Source: Gemmatimonadota bacterium (GTDB taxonomy: Bacteria > Gemmatimonadota > Gemmatimonadetes > Gemmatimonadales > GWC2-71-9). Taken from it: DNA of 25,602 nucleotides. Positions 17,969 through 25,602 of this stretch are shown here, piece by piece. Position numbers and translations under genes: made by a program. Each line of letters opens with the position of its first letter. Positions within the stretch are counted from its first letter, which is position 1. The stretch is taken from NCBI GenBank assembly GCA_039930625.1, contig JBDTTN010000001.1:1-25602 (forward strand), read 5' to 3'. The notes under the pieces were generated by a model, which searched no databases, had not been told where the DNA came from, and was given only the letters and a program-made list of their open reading frames with translations.

Positions 17969-19819
17969 CTAACCCGGGGGAGTGGGATTCAGCGAGGAGT
18001 CGATTCGATCCGAAATCCGGTGCAGGACGTCGATGTCGTCCGTCAGGTTTCCGCCGGCAGATTGCCGCGCCCTAACCCGCAACAGTTCGAGCCGCAGAGT
18101 CTCCAACGCGCTCAGCGTCGAGGCCAGTCGGCCCGCTGCCGCGCGCTGGGCGTCAGCGATCTCCTGCACCAGCACGCTACGCTCGGCCGATCCGCCGCCA
18201 CCTACTTCGGCGGCCGTCGCATCGAGCTCCTCCAGTATGCGGCGCAGCCCTGCCGCATCCCGCTCCAGCCGTGCGAGCAGCTCTTCGGCACCGCCGAGCT
18301 GGCGGCGTTCGCTCTCGGGCAGGGCAAGCAGGAGTCCGCGCACCGCGCCCGCAAGCGCCAGCTCCGTCGGCTGATCGGCGATCGCCGGTGGCGGCGCAGG
18401 CCTGGCCAGTTTCCAGCGCAATACCTTGAAAAGCCAGCCGGCTTTGACCCTGAGAAAGAAGCGGCTCAGCAAGCCCAGCCGACCGTTGCGCGGCGCCTCG
18501 AGCGCGTGTCCCAGCCAGCGCCCGAGGGCGATCGGGAGCGCGAGACTCAGGACTTCGGTGATGAGGCCGATCGGGAAGACGCTGCCGTCATAGACCCACT
18601 GCTTGGGCCCCAGCCAGAACAGGGCCAGCGCGATGGTTCCCGCGAGGTACAGTCCGATCGTGCGCGGCAGCGGCGGTCGCCGTTGTTCGTTCGCCTGGTG
18701 ATCGCGCGCCTCGCGTTCGGCGGCTGCGGTCAGGTCCGCCGCGGTCCATCCCTCGGCAATCGCCTCACGAATCAGCCGGCTCGCATGCACCCCGCGGATG
18801 GCGAGCAGGCTCACCAGCAGCGCCATGAGGCCGGCGGTGTAGTTGAATCCGAATCCGAAGAAATCGCGGGTGAGAGTCTGGGTGAGCACCGCCAGGCCTG
18901 CGAGTGTACCGTAGCCGGCGAGGTCCACGCCGAAGCTGGAGACTTCCCGGGTGATCGATTGCAGGCTCCGGGGAACAAGGGCGACGCTGCTCGAGGCCGC
19001 GACGGCCTCCGCGAGCTCTTCTCCAGTGGAGAAACGCTGCTCCGGCGACTTGGCGAGGCAGCGATCCACTGCCGTCGCGAGGCCGCGTGGCACCCCCGGA
19101 CGCAGCGTCGCGACTGCGGGCGCAGGGACGGTCATGTGCTGCGCCAGCAATTGGCCTGCGCTGTCTCCCTCGAAGGGATAGCGGCCCGTCAGGGCGAAGA
19201 ACGCGGTGACCCCGAGGGAGTAGAGGTCGCTCCGCCCGTCGAGCAGCTCCCCGGCTGCCTGCTCTGGACTCACCAGTCGCGGTGTGCCCATGACCGGGCC
19301 GCCCGGAGTCACCGGGGCATCCTCTGCCAGCCGCGCGATCCCGAAGTCGGTCACCAGCGCCCGGCCACTGCCGCGCTCCAGCAGAATGTTCTCCGGCTTG
19401 ATGTCACGGTGGATCACGCCGTGCTGATGGGCGTAGGCCAGCGCCCATGCGACCTCCTGCACCAGCCGCGTGACGACCGCCGGCGCCAGCGGTCCCTCGT
19501 TGCGCACCCGGGCGGCCAGCGTCTCGCCAGGCACATAGCTCATGATGAAGCAGACCAGGTCGCCATGCTCCTCGACGGCGTGAATCGCGACGATGTGGGG
19601 ATGGGAGAGCCGTGCCGCCGTCCGGGCCTCCTGGAGGAAGCGGGCCCGTACCACCGGGATGCCGGCGAGGTGCTGCGGGAGGAGCTTGATTGCGACCGGC
19701 CGGTCGAGGGCGAGATCGCGGGCCAGGACCACGATGCCCATCCCACCACGGCCGAGTTCACGGTCGAGGTGGTAGCGGCCGCGCAGGGCCGATTGCAGGG
19801 CTTCGAAGCTAGTATTCAT
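17969..19819 (-). CDS. Hanks-type Ser/Thr protein kinase with multi-pass membrane region and helical C-terminal domain
   Basis: LGRGGMG, VAIK, HRDIKPEN, DFG, SPEQ, DLYSLG. Start is either ATG 19819 or ATG 19828 (AGGAG 7 nt upstream of the latter). Confidence 0.93.
   Translation of the reverse strand: MNTSFEALQSALRGRYHLDRELGRGGMGIVVLARDLALDRPVAIKLLPQHLAGIPVVRARFLQEARTAARLSHPHIVAIHAVEEHGDLVCFIMSYVPGETLAARVRNEGPLAPAVVTRLVQEVAWALAYAHQHGVIHRDIKPENILLERGSGRALVTDFGIARLAEDAPVTPGGPVMGTPRLVSPEQAAGELLDGRSDLYSLGVTAFFALTGRYPFEGDSAGQLLAQHMTVPAPAVATLRPGVPRGLATAVDRCLAKSPEQRFSTGEELAEAVAASSSVALVPRSLQSITREVSSFGVDLAGYGTLAGLAVLTQTLTRDFFGFGFNYTAGLMALLVSLLAIRGVHASRLIREAIAEGWTAADLTAAAEREARDHQANEQRRPPLPRTIGLYLAGTIALALFWLGPKQWVYDGSVFPIGLITEVLSLALPIALGRWLGHALEAPRNGRLGLLSRFFLRVKAGWLFKVLRWKLARPAPPPAIADQPTELALAGAVRGLLLALPESERRQLGGAEELLARLERDAAGLRRILEELDATAAEVGGGGSAERSVLVQEIADAQRAAAGRLASTLSALETLRLELLRVRARQSAGGNLTDDIDVLHRISDRIDSSLNPTPPG
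19810..19815 (+). promoter_or_regulatory. Candidate -10 box TAGTAT for the DUF62 gene, inside the kinase CDS
   Basis: TAGTAT-tcatg-ATG(19821); no recognisable -35. Confidence 0.4.
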
Positions 19820-19820
19820 G

Positions 19821-20579
19821 ATGGCCATCATAACGCTCCTGTCCGACTATGGCACGACCGACTCCTACGTCGGCGAGATGAAGGGGGTTCTGCTCTCCCT
19901 GGCTCCCGGCGCCACGCTGGTCGACCTCACCCACGAAATCGCCCCCGGCGATGTGGCGGCGGCCGCCTATGTACTCGGACGGGCGTGGAGTCACTTTCCC
20001 GCCGGGACAGTGCACCTCGCCGTCGTGGATGCCGGCCCCGGCTCGTCGCGCGCGGCACTGGCCTTCCGCACCAGGGAACACTGCTTCGTGGGTCCGGACA
20101 GCGGCCTCTTCACCGTGCTGCTCCGCGGGGCGGAGATCGAGGCCGTCAGCCTTCCCACTCCGGTCGCTGCCTCTCCCACATTTCCGGGACGGGACCTCTT
20201 CGCGCCGGTGGCGGCCGCTCTCGCCCGCGGGGAGGCGCTGCTCTCACTCGGCGAACGCTTCGCCGGAATCCCCCGCCGCATGAGCGGCACGATGCCGCAC
20301 TACGAGGGCAAGGTGGTGGTCGGGGAAGTGATCTACGTCGATCGATTCGGCAACCTGGTCACCAATCTTACCGCGGAGTTCGTCCCGGCCTACGCGGTGA
20401 TGGAGGCGGAGTCGCTCGCCATCGGCCCGTTGCGGACCACCTTCGGCGACGTCCCGCCGGGAAGTCTCATCGCGTATATCGGATCGGGCGGGCAGGTGGA
20501 GATCGCGGTGCGCGATGGCTCCGCCGCGCGGCGTCTGGGGCTGGGAGTGGGTGGTCGTGTGCGGGCGCGACTGGGATGA
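19821..20579 (+). CDS. SAM hydroxide adenosyltransferase / SAM-dependent chlorinase-fluorinase family (DUF62) protein
   Basis: IITLLSDYG, YVGEMKGV, DLTHEI, VHLAVVD, GPDSG, TFxGRDLFAP, YVDRFGNLVTN, GQVEIAV. Confidence 0.92.
   Translation: MAIITLLSDYGTTDSYVGEMKGVLLSLAPGATLVDLTHEIAPGDVAAAAYVLGRAWSHFPAGTVHLAVVDAGPGSSRAALAFRTREHCFVGPDSGLFTVLLRGAEIEAVSLPTPVAASPTFPGRDLFAPVAAALARGEALLSLGERFAGIPRRMSGTMPHYEGKVVVGEVIYVDRFGNLVTNLTAEFVPAYAVMEAESLAIGPLRTTFGDVPPGSLIAYIGSGGQVEIAVRDGSAARRLGLGVGGRVRARLG
19827..19855 (-). promoter_or_regulatory. Candidate promoter GTGCCA-N17-TATGAT for the kinase, inside the DUF62 CDS
   Basis: Minus strand: GTGCCA (19855-19850), 17 nt, TATGAT (19832-19827), 7 nt, ATG 19819. 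Confidence 0.55.
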
Positions 20580-20586
20580 AACAACG

Positions 20587-20614
20587 TAGGGGCGGCGCTG
20601 ATGCGCCGCCCCTA
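20587..20614 (-). terminator. Intrinsic terminator-like hairpin between convergent genes
   Basis: Perfect 12-bp stem TAGGGGCGGCGC-tgat-GCGCCGCCCCTA; minus-strand tail CGTTGTTT; may act in both directions. Confidence 0.75.
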
Positions 20615-20634
20615 GCGATTGGTCGTCTCGTGGC

Positions 20635-22218
20635 TCAAACCGGCGGTGGCGTCCGGTCCCGCGGGGGCCGCTTGGCGGCAGGCACGCCGAACTGCGGCGT
20701 CGCCCACAGGTACTCATCGGTGAGCGCCTCGGCGGGCAGCAGCCGACCGGCGAAGTGCTCCCTGAATCCGGCGCGCGAGAGCAGCGCGGCACCGAAGCCC
20801 ACCGTGCCGAGAAGCCAGGTCACCAGGACCGCGGTCGCAAAGATCAGCGTGCCGGCCACGGGGACCCAGTCGAATACCACCCAGGACAACCACAGCGCCA
20901 TGACGCCGCCCAGTCCGACGGTGACATAGCGATAGCTGTTCGCGGAGGTCATTGCGTGGCCGAGGGCGAGCTGGCGCCGAGTCAGCGTCTCGCCCATCGC
21001 GTGGGCGATCGCCAGAAACCCGCCGAGAACCGAAACGATCAGGAGCAGTGCGAAGACGATCACCGCGAACGGTACCAGCAGGATCCCCGCGACGCTCAGG
21101 ACCAGTCCCACGACCACCATGCCGAAGGTCGGCAGGATAAGGACCTGGCCCAGCAGGCCGACGAGAAGCGCGCGGCTGAAGGAGTGCAGCACCGTGTCGC
21201 TCACCACCTCCAGTGGCGGCCGTGCGAAGAGCACCAAACCTGTCCCGACCAGCATCAGGGTGAAGAAGACCCCGACAACACCTGCACCATTGCGGCCGAT
21301 GCGCTGCCACACCGAAAGCGTCGCCTCGGCGGACCGGCCGCCGGGTTCATCGCGGTGTCGGGGCGCATCGAGCGTGCGGATCGCGCCCTGGATGTCGCCA
21401 CCGAGATCGCGCACCTGGCCGGCTACGGCGAGGACGTCGCCGGTCACCACGGCGCCGGGGTGAACGATGGCGTTCCCTTCCACGACGGCCAGATTGCCTT
21501 CGATCGTGCCGTAGATATCGGCATCGCCGCGCACCACGAGGATCGGACCGTGGTACCGCTCGCTGGAGCCGAGACTGAAGTGGCCGGCGTGGGCCTGACC
21601 ACCGGGCACCGTGATCCGGAGCGCCGCACCGCGCAGCTCGGCCGCACCGCGCAGCATCGGGGCGAGGCGGCTCGGGTTGCTCAGATCGCTCAGGTCTATT
21701 GTCAGGCCACCGGCGGCTGCGGGCTCCACGGCCTGCGGAATCGTGATTGCACCACGTGGCGCACTCAACGTTGCGGCCTTGGTGCGGAGGAGCTCAGCGT
21801 AAGCCTCCTCTTCACGGGAGAGCCCTTCGGGACGCCAGTTGCGGAGTGCGGTCAGGGCGCCCGGCGTATCGATGTGTGAGGCGTCGAGCATGAGCTGGCG
21901 CCACGCCGTCTCGAGGGCACCGCCCTCCGGATACCGTCCGGCAACCCGGCCATCGAGGCGCACTTCACCATTTTCGAGGGAGAGCGACAGTGCGCCGCCG
22001 TCGGCGTAGTCGAACGTCAATGTGGCCAGACCGCTCGCCATCGCGACGACATGATCCCGAACCACCCGGCTCGGGTCGTCCTGCAGGAACTGACTCAGAA
22101 ATTCAATGCGGCTCTTCCAGGTGGGTTCGGTGCGGTCCTTCGATTCCGCCGCGGAGGCAGGCCCCGTGGCGAGCAGGCCGAGCAGGGCAAGGAGGGCGAT
22201 AGGTCTACGGCAGTGCAC
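20635..22218 (-). CDS. Exported/membrane protein with bactofilin-like (polymer-forming) beta-helix segment and multi-TM C-terminus
   Basis: Start set at GTG 22218 (MHCRRPIALLALLGLLATGPASA signal peptide, overlapping the anti-sigma stop). VVRGDADIYGTIEGNLAVVEGNAIVHPGAVVTGDVLAVAGQV is beta-helix-like; several hydrophobic segments follow. Confidence 0.75.
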   Translation of the reverse strand: MHCRRPIALLALLGLLATGPASAAESKDRTEPTWKSRIEFLSQFLQDDPSRVVRDHVVAMASGLATLTFDYADGGALSLSLENGEVRLDGRVAGRYPEGGALETAWRQLMLDASHIDTPGALTALRNWRPEGLSREEEAYAELLRTKAATLSAPRGAITIPQAVEPAAAGGLTIDLSDLSNPSRLAPMLRGAAELRGAALRITVPGGQAHAGHFSLGSSERYHGPILVVRGDADIYGTIEGNLAVVEGNAIVHPGAVVTGDVLAVAGQVRDLGGDIQGAIRTLDAPRHRDEPGGRSAEATLSVWQRIGRNGAGVVGVFFTLMLVGTGLVLFARPPLEVVSDTVLHSFSRALLVGLLGQVLILPTFGMVVVGLVLSVAGILLVPFAVIVFALLLIVSVLGGFLAIAHAMGETLTRRQLALGHAMTSANSYRYVTVGLGGVMALWLSWVVFDWVPVAGTLIFATAVLVTWLLGTVGFGAALLSRAGFREHFAGRLLPAEALTDEYLWATPQFGVPAAKRPPRDRTPPPV

Positions 22219-23017
22219 GGGCAACCTGAGAGCGGGGCAACGAAAGCAGGCGCCGAAGCGCCACCAGTCCGGCCGCATAGAGTGCAGCCATTGCGGTCCC
22301 GGCCAGGGCGATGCGGCCCGGAGTGAGCGCAGCACGCACTGTCGGGTACCAGGACTGCTGGTCGAGCACCGCGGTCGCCATCCCAACGCCCTGCCAGAAC
22401 CACTGCTGACCGTGGGACATCATCCAGACGCCCGCGCCAGTGATCGTATCCTGATTCGCGGACGCCCAGGCGGCGCTCGCCGCGACCGACCCGCCAAGCA
22501 CCACGGCTACTCCTGCGGCGATACCAACTCCCATGGGGTTGGCGAACACCCGCCCCCGCCAGAGCCGCCAGGCATCAGCGATAGAGCCGACGGGCAGCTC
22601 CACCCGGTCCATTACCCGGTCCGCGAAGCCCTGCCGTGGATCGAAGAGGGGCAGCGCCTCGAGCCGCATCACCAGCACCCGCTCCTGGTTGGCCAGCGTC
22701 TGACACGCTGCGCAGCCGCGCAAATGCGCCTCACGCTGCGCCGGGAGCGCTCCGATCACCCACGCGTCCAGATCGTCGCCCGTGAGGTGAACCGCCGCCG
22801 CTCCGGTATTCACCCGAGCCATCACCCGGTCAGCAAACGCAACTCCGGGCGACGCCTTCGGCAGTCGCGAAAGCTGCAGTACGATCTCGCGAGTCTCATC
22901 GGCAGCGGTCCGGCACAGCTCACATGTTTCGAGGTGGGACGTACGAGAGGCGGGGAGACGTCCGTCCAGCCAGAGATCCAGCTCTTCGGGACCAAGGTGG
23001 AAGGGATCGTCAATCAT
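22205..23017 (-). CDS. Membrane-anchored zinc-binding anti-sigma factor with two tandem ZAS domains
   Basis: HLETCELC and HLRGCAAC (HxxxCxxC) 70 aa apart; downstream TM segments; directly follows the ECF sigma; AAGAGG RBS. Confidence 0.85.
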   Translation of the reverse strand: MIDDPFHLGPEELDLWLDGRLPASRTSHLETCELCRTAADETREIVLQLSRLPKASPGVAFADRVMARVNTGAAAVHLTGDDLDAWVIGALPAQREAHLRGCAACQTLANQERVLVMRLEALPLFDPRQGFADRVMDRVELPVGSIADAWRLWRGRVFANPMGVGIAAGVAVVLGGSVAASAAWASANQDTITGAGVWMMSHGQQWFWQGVGMATAVLDQQSWYPTVRAALTPGRIALAGTAMAALYAAGLVALRRLLSLPRSQVARALP

Positions 23018-23052
23018 ACGGCGCCTCTTACGGCCTCCCCAAGAGCGAGGTT

Positions 23053-23655
23053 TCAGTCCCGTAGATGGATCAGCATGTCGCGCAGCTCATGCCGCGCGCG
23101 ATGGATATAGGTCTTCACGGTGCCAAGTGGCAGGTCGAGGAGCTGGGCGATCTCCTCATAGGCCAATCCCTCAACATGCCGGAGCATGATGCATGAGCGG
23201 TACTCGGGCCGGAGCTGGCCGATGGCCCGCTCGATGGCGGTACCCAGTTCGCGGGCTTCCAACTCCGCCAGCGGAGTCTCGCTCTTGTCGCCCACCTGAA
23301 GAGCGGTCGCCTCGATATCCTCGGCGCTGGTCGCGTTCGGTGACCCGTCGATTGAAAGGGTGTTGAGCTCGCGCCGGCGCAGGTGATCGATGGCGGCATT
23401 GTTCGCGATCTTGAAGATCCAGCTCGAAAATTTGTACTCGGGTCGGTAGCTCGCAATCGCGTTCAGGGCCTTGATGAAGGTCTCCTGGGACAGATCCTCG
23501 GCCAGCTGCCGATCACGTACCATTCTGAGCACGAGCGAGAAGACGGGCCGCTCGTACCGGCGAATGAGTTCGCGGTACGCGGCCTCCTTGCCCTCGACCG
23601 CGAGGACAACGATCTCCTGGTCCGTTGCGGATACCAGATCGAGCCGCTCAGCCAT
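23053..23655 (-). CDS. ECF RNA polymerase sigma factor (SigW/RpoE-like)
   Basis: Start set at ATG 23655. AEDLSQETFIKA, FSSWIFKIANNAAIDHLRRR (region 2); GLAYEEIAQLLDLPLGTVKTYIHRAR (region 4). Confidence 0.95.
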   Translation of the reverse strand: MAERLDLVSATDQEIVVLAVEGKEAAYRELIRRYERPVFSLVLRMVRDRQLAEDLSQETFIKALNAIASYRPEYKFSSWIFKIANNAAIDHLRRRELNTLSIDGSPNATSAEDIEATALQVGDKSETPLAELEARELGTAIERAIGQLRPEYRSCIMLRHVEGLAYEEIAQLLDLPLGTVKTYIHRARHELRDMLIHLRD

Positions 23656-23670
23656 GGGCAGACCCGCGGC

Positions 23671-23700
23671 TTGCCTCGCCGCCGTGCAGAGCACTACATT
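23671..23700 (+). promoter_or_regulatory. Candidate promoter TTGCCT-N18-TACATT, 8 nt before ubiE ATG 23709
   Basis: TTGCCT at 23671-23676, TACATT at 23695-23700; no SD before the ATG. Confidence 0.55.
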
Positions 23701-23708
23701 GCGCGCCT

Positions 23709-24437
23709 ATGTTAGCCACGGATAGGAAGTTAGCGCTCTCCGGCGGCCGGGAGAAGCGGTCATACGTCCGGGCGATGTTTACGGCCATTGCCCCCCGGTA
23801 CGATTTCCTCAATCACCTGCTCAGCCTGAACGTCGACCGGCGCTGGCGTCGCCAGGCCGTCGCCCGGCTCAATTGGGAACGTAAACCCGGCGGCCGGTAT
23901 CTGGACCTGTGCGCCGGCACCCTGGATCTGGCCGCGACCCTCGGCGCCCAATCGGGATTTGCCGGCCAGGTGATCGGGGCCGATTTCGTCCTGCCGATGC
24001 TCGCCCTGGGCCAGCGCAAGTCCGCGCGAGTCCGTCCCGTCAACGCCGATGCGCTGGAACTGCCATTCCCGGACGAGACGTTCGACGGTGCGACGGTCGG
24101 GTTCGGGGTCCGCAACCTCGCCGATCTGAATGCCGGTCTGGTCGAAGCGTGCCGCGTACTGACCTCCGGTGCGCGCTTCGTGATCCTCGAGTTCACCACG
24201 CCGCCCCGGCAGCCGATGCGGGCGGCGTACTTCCTCTACTTCAAGCGCATCCTTCCGCTGATCGGGCGACTGGTGTCCCGGCACAGCGATGCCTATGACT
24301 ACCTGCCGGAATCGGTGCTGACCTTTCCGGAACCCGAGGCCCTCGCCGCCCGGATGCGGGAACATGGCTTCCGGGAGGTGGGGTATTCGCTGCTGTTCGG
24401 CGGGATCTGCGCCATTCACGTTGGCACCAAGCCATAG
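23709..24437 (+). CDS. ubiE: UbiE/MenG quinone C-methyltransferase (242 aa)
   Basis: MFTAIAPRYDFLNHLLS, LDLCAGT, ADALELPFPDETFD, FGVRN, LEF, YDYLPESV. Confidence 0.93.
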   Translation: MLATDRKLALSGGREKRSYVRAMFTAIAPRYDFLNHLLSLNVDRRWRRQAVARLNWERKPGGRYLDLCAGTLDLAATLGAQSGFAGQVIGADFVLPMLALGQRKSARVRPVNADALELPFPDETFDGATVGFGVRNLADLNAGLVEACRVLTSGARFVILEFTTPPRQPMRAAYFLYFKRILPLIGRLVSRHSDAYDYLPESVLTFPEPEALAARMREHGFREVGYSLLFGGICAIHVGTKP

Positions 24438-24448
24438 ACAGCGCGATC

Positions 24449-25602
24449 ATGACATTCGACTCGCTCCAGGAATTCATCGCCGCCATCGACAAGATGGGCG
24501 AACTCGTCCGCATCAGCGAGCCGGTGAAGACCAGGCTGGAGATCGCGGAGATCGCCGACCGCTGCATGAAAAGCCCGGGGGGCGGGCCGGCGCTGCTCTT
24601 CGAGCGGCCGCTCCTCGAGAACGGAGGGCCGAGCGAGTTTCCCGTCGCCATCAATCTGTTCGGGTCGATGAAGCGGATGTGTCTCGCCTTGGGCGTGGAG
24701 GAGCTCGACGAGGTTGGCGGGCGCATCAGCGCGCTGCTGAATCTGAAGGTGCCTGACGGAATCCTCGGCAAGCTCTCGATGCTCCCCAAGCTGGCTGAGG
24801 TCGCCAAGTTCCCGCCGCGGACGCGGAGCGGGAGGCCGAGCTGTCAGGAGATCGTGTGGAAGGGGGAGCAGATCGATCTCGACCGGATTCCTTTCCTGAC
24901 GACCTGGCCGGGTGACGGCGGACGCTATATCACACTGCCGATGGTTATCACCGAGGATCCGAAGACCGGGGTGCGCAACGTCGGGATGTATCGGGTGCAG
25001 GTACAGGGGAAGAATATCCTCGCGATGCACTGGCAGCGGCACAAGGTGGGCGCGGCGCACTGGCGCGAGCTGGCGCAGCGGGGCGAGAGGATGCCGGTGG
25101 TGATTGCCATCGGTGCCGATCCCGCGAGCCTCTACTCCGCGTCGGCGCCGCTGCCGCCGACGATCGATGAGTTCATCTTCGCAGGGTTCCTCAGGAAATC
25201 GCCGGTGGAGCTGGCCAAGGCGCTCACCTGCGATCTCGAAGTGCCGGCCGAGGCGGAGTTCGTCATCGAAGGCTACATCGATCCGTCGGAGGCGCTGGTG
25301 CTGGAGGGCCCCTTCGGTGACCACACTGGCTACTACTCGCTCGCCGATGAGTATCCTCGGGTGCATGTCACCGCGGTCACCATGCGCAAGAACCCGGTCT
25401 ACGCGGCAACGCTGGTGGGCAGGCCGCCGATGGAGGACTACTACCTCGGCCACGCGACGGAGCGGATCTTCCTCCCGCTGCTCCGGCTCACGGTCCCGGA
25501 GATCGTCGACTACCACATGCCGGCGTATGGTATCTTCCACAACCTGATCTTCGTGTCGATCGACAAGCAGTATCCCGGTCAGGCCTACAAGGTGATGAAC
25601 GC
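24449..25602 (+). CDS. UbiD-family prFMN-dependent decarboxylase, menaquinone (MqnL-like) type; runs off the window end
   Basis: Absent from the ORF track; translated by hand without stops from ATG 24449: MTFDSLQEFI...GGPALLFE...RNVGMYR...MHWQRHK...EGPFGDHTGYY...GRPPMED. Confidence 0.92.
   Translation, partial: MTFDSLQEFIAAIDKMGELVRISEPVKTRLEIAEIADRCMKSPGGGPALLFERPLLENGGPSEFPVAINLFGSMKRMCLALGVEELDEVGGRISALLNLKVPDGILGKLSMLPKLAEVAKFPPRTRSGRPSCQEIVWKGEQIDLDRIPFLTTWPGDGGRYITLPMVITEDPKTGVRNVGMYRVQVQGKNILAMHWQRHKVGAAHWRELAQRGERMPVVIAIGADPASLYSASAPLPPTIDEFIFAGFLRKSPVELAKALTCDLEVPAEAEFVIEGYIDPSEALVLEGPFGDHTGYYSLADEYPRVHVTAVTMRKNPVYAATLVGRPPMEDYYLGHATERIFLPLLRLTVPEIVDYHMPAYGIFHNLIFVSIDKQYPGQAYKVMN

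Noticed and set aside
17840-20929. 1029-aa plus-strand ORF
   Set aside because: Antisense shadow of the kinase that runs out of frame through the DUF62 gene; Arg/Gly/Ala-rich with no motifs; expected in GC-rich DNA.

Overview
GC-rich bacterial chromosomal window of mostly housekeeping genes. Gene content and style suggest Gemmatimonadota (inference, not verified). In order it holds: a minus-strand cluster (mobA partial, two predicted outer-membrane beta-barrels, CoA-binding protein, QueD/PTPS-like protein, gpmI); a plus-strand run (SH3-repeat protein, DUF2281-like protein, three APC amino-acid permeases around guaB, nrnA, NifU-domain protein, Mrp/ApbC, a MATE gene broken by one in-frame TGA); a PLP decarboxylase and a membrane Ser/Thr kinase (minus); a DUF62 SAM hydroxide adenosyltransferase-like gene (plus); an ECF sigma / double zinc-finger anti-sigma / beta-helix membrane protein operon (minus); and ubiE plus a UbiD-family decarboxylase (partial). 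No rRNA, tRNA, CRISPR array or mobile element was seen. Most notable: (1) four elements share one architecture (7-nt tandem units, short arm + loop + long inverted arm) but use three different unit sequences, and one of them supplies a stop codon and the next start codon; (2) TANNNT boxes sit 5-8 nt before many start codons, suggesting leaderless mRNAs, including a head-to-head gene pair 1 bp apart; (3) three enzymes have lost hallmark residues (DUF62 His to Pro, Mrp without CxxC, QueD-like without the catalytic Cys); (4) the anti-sigma factor has an exact 70-aa duplication of its zinc-binding domain.
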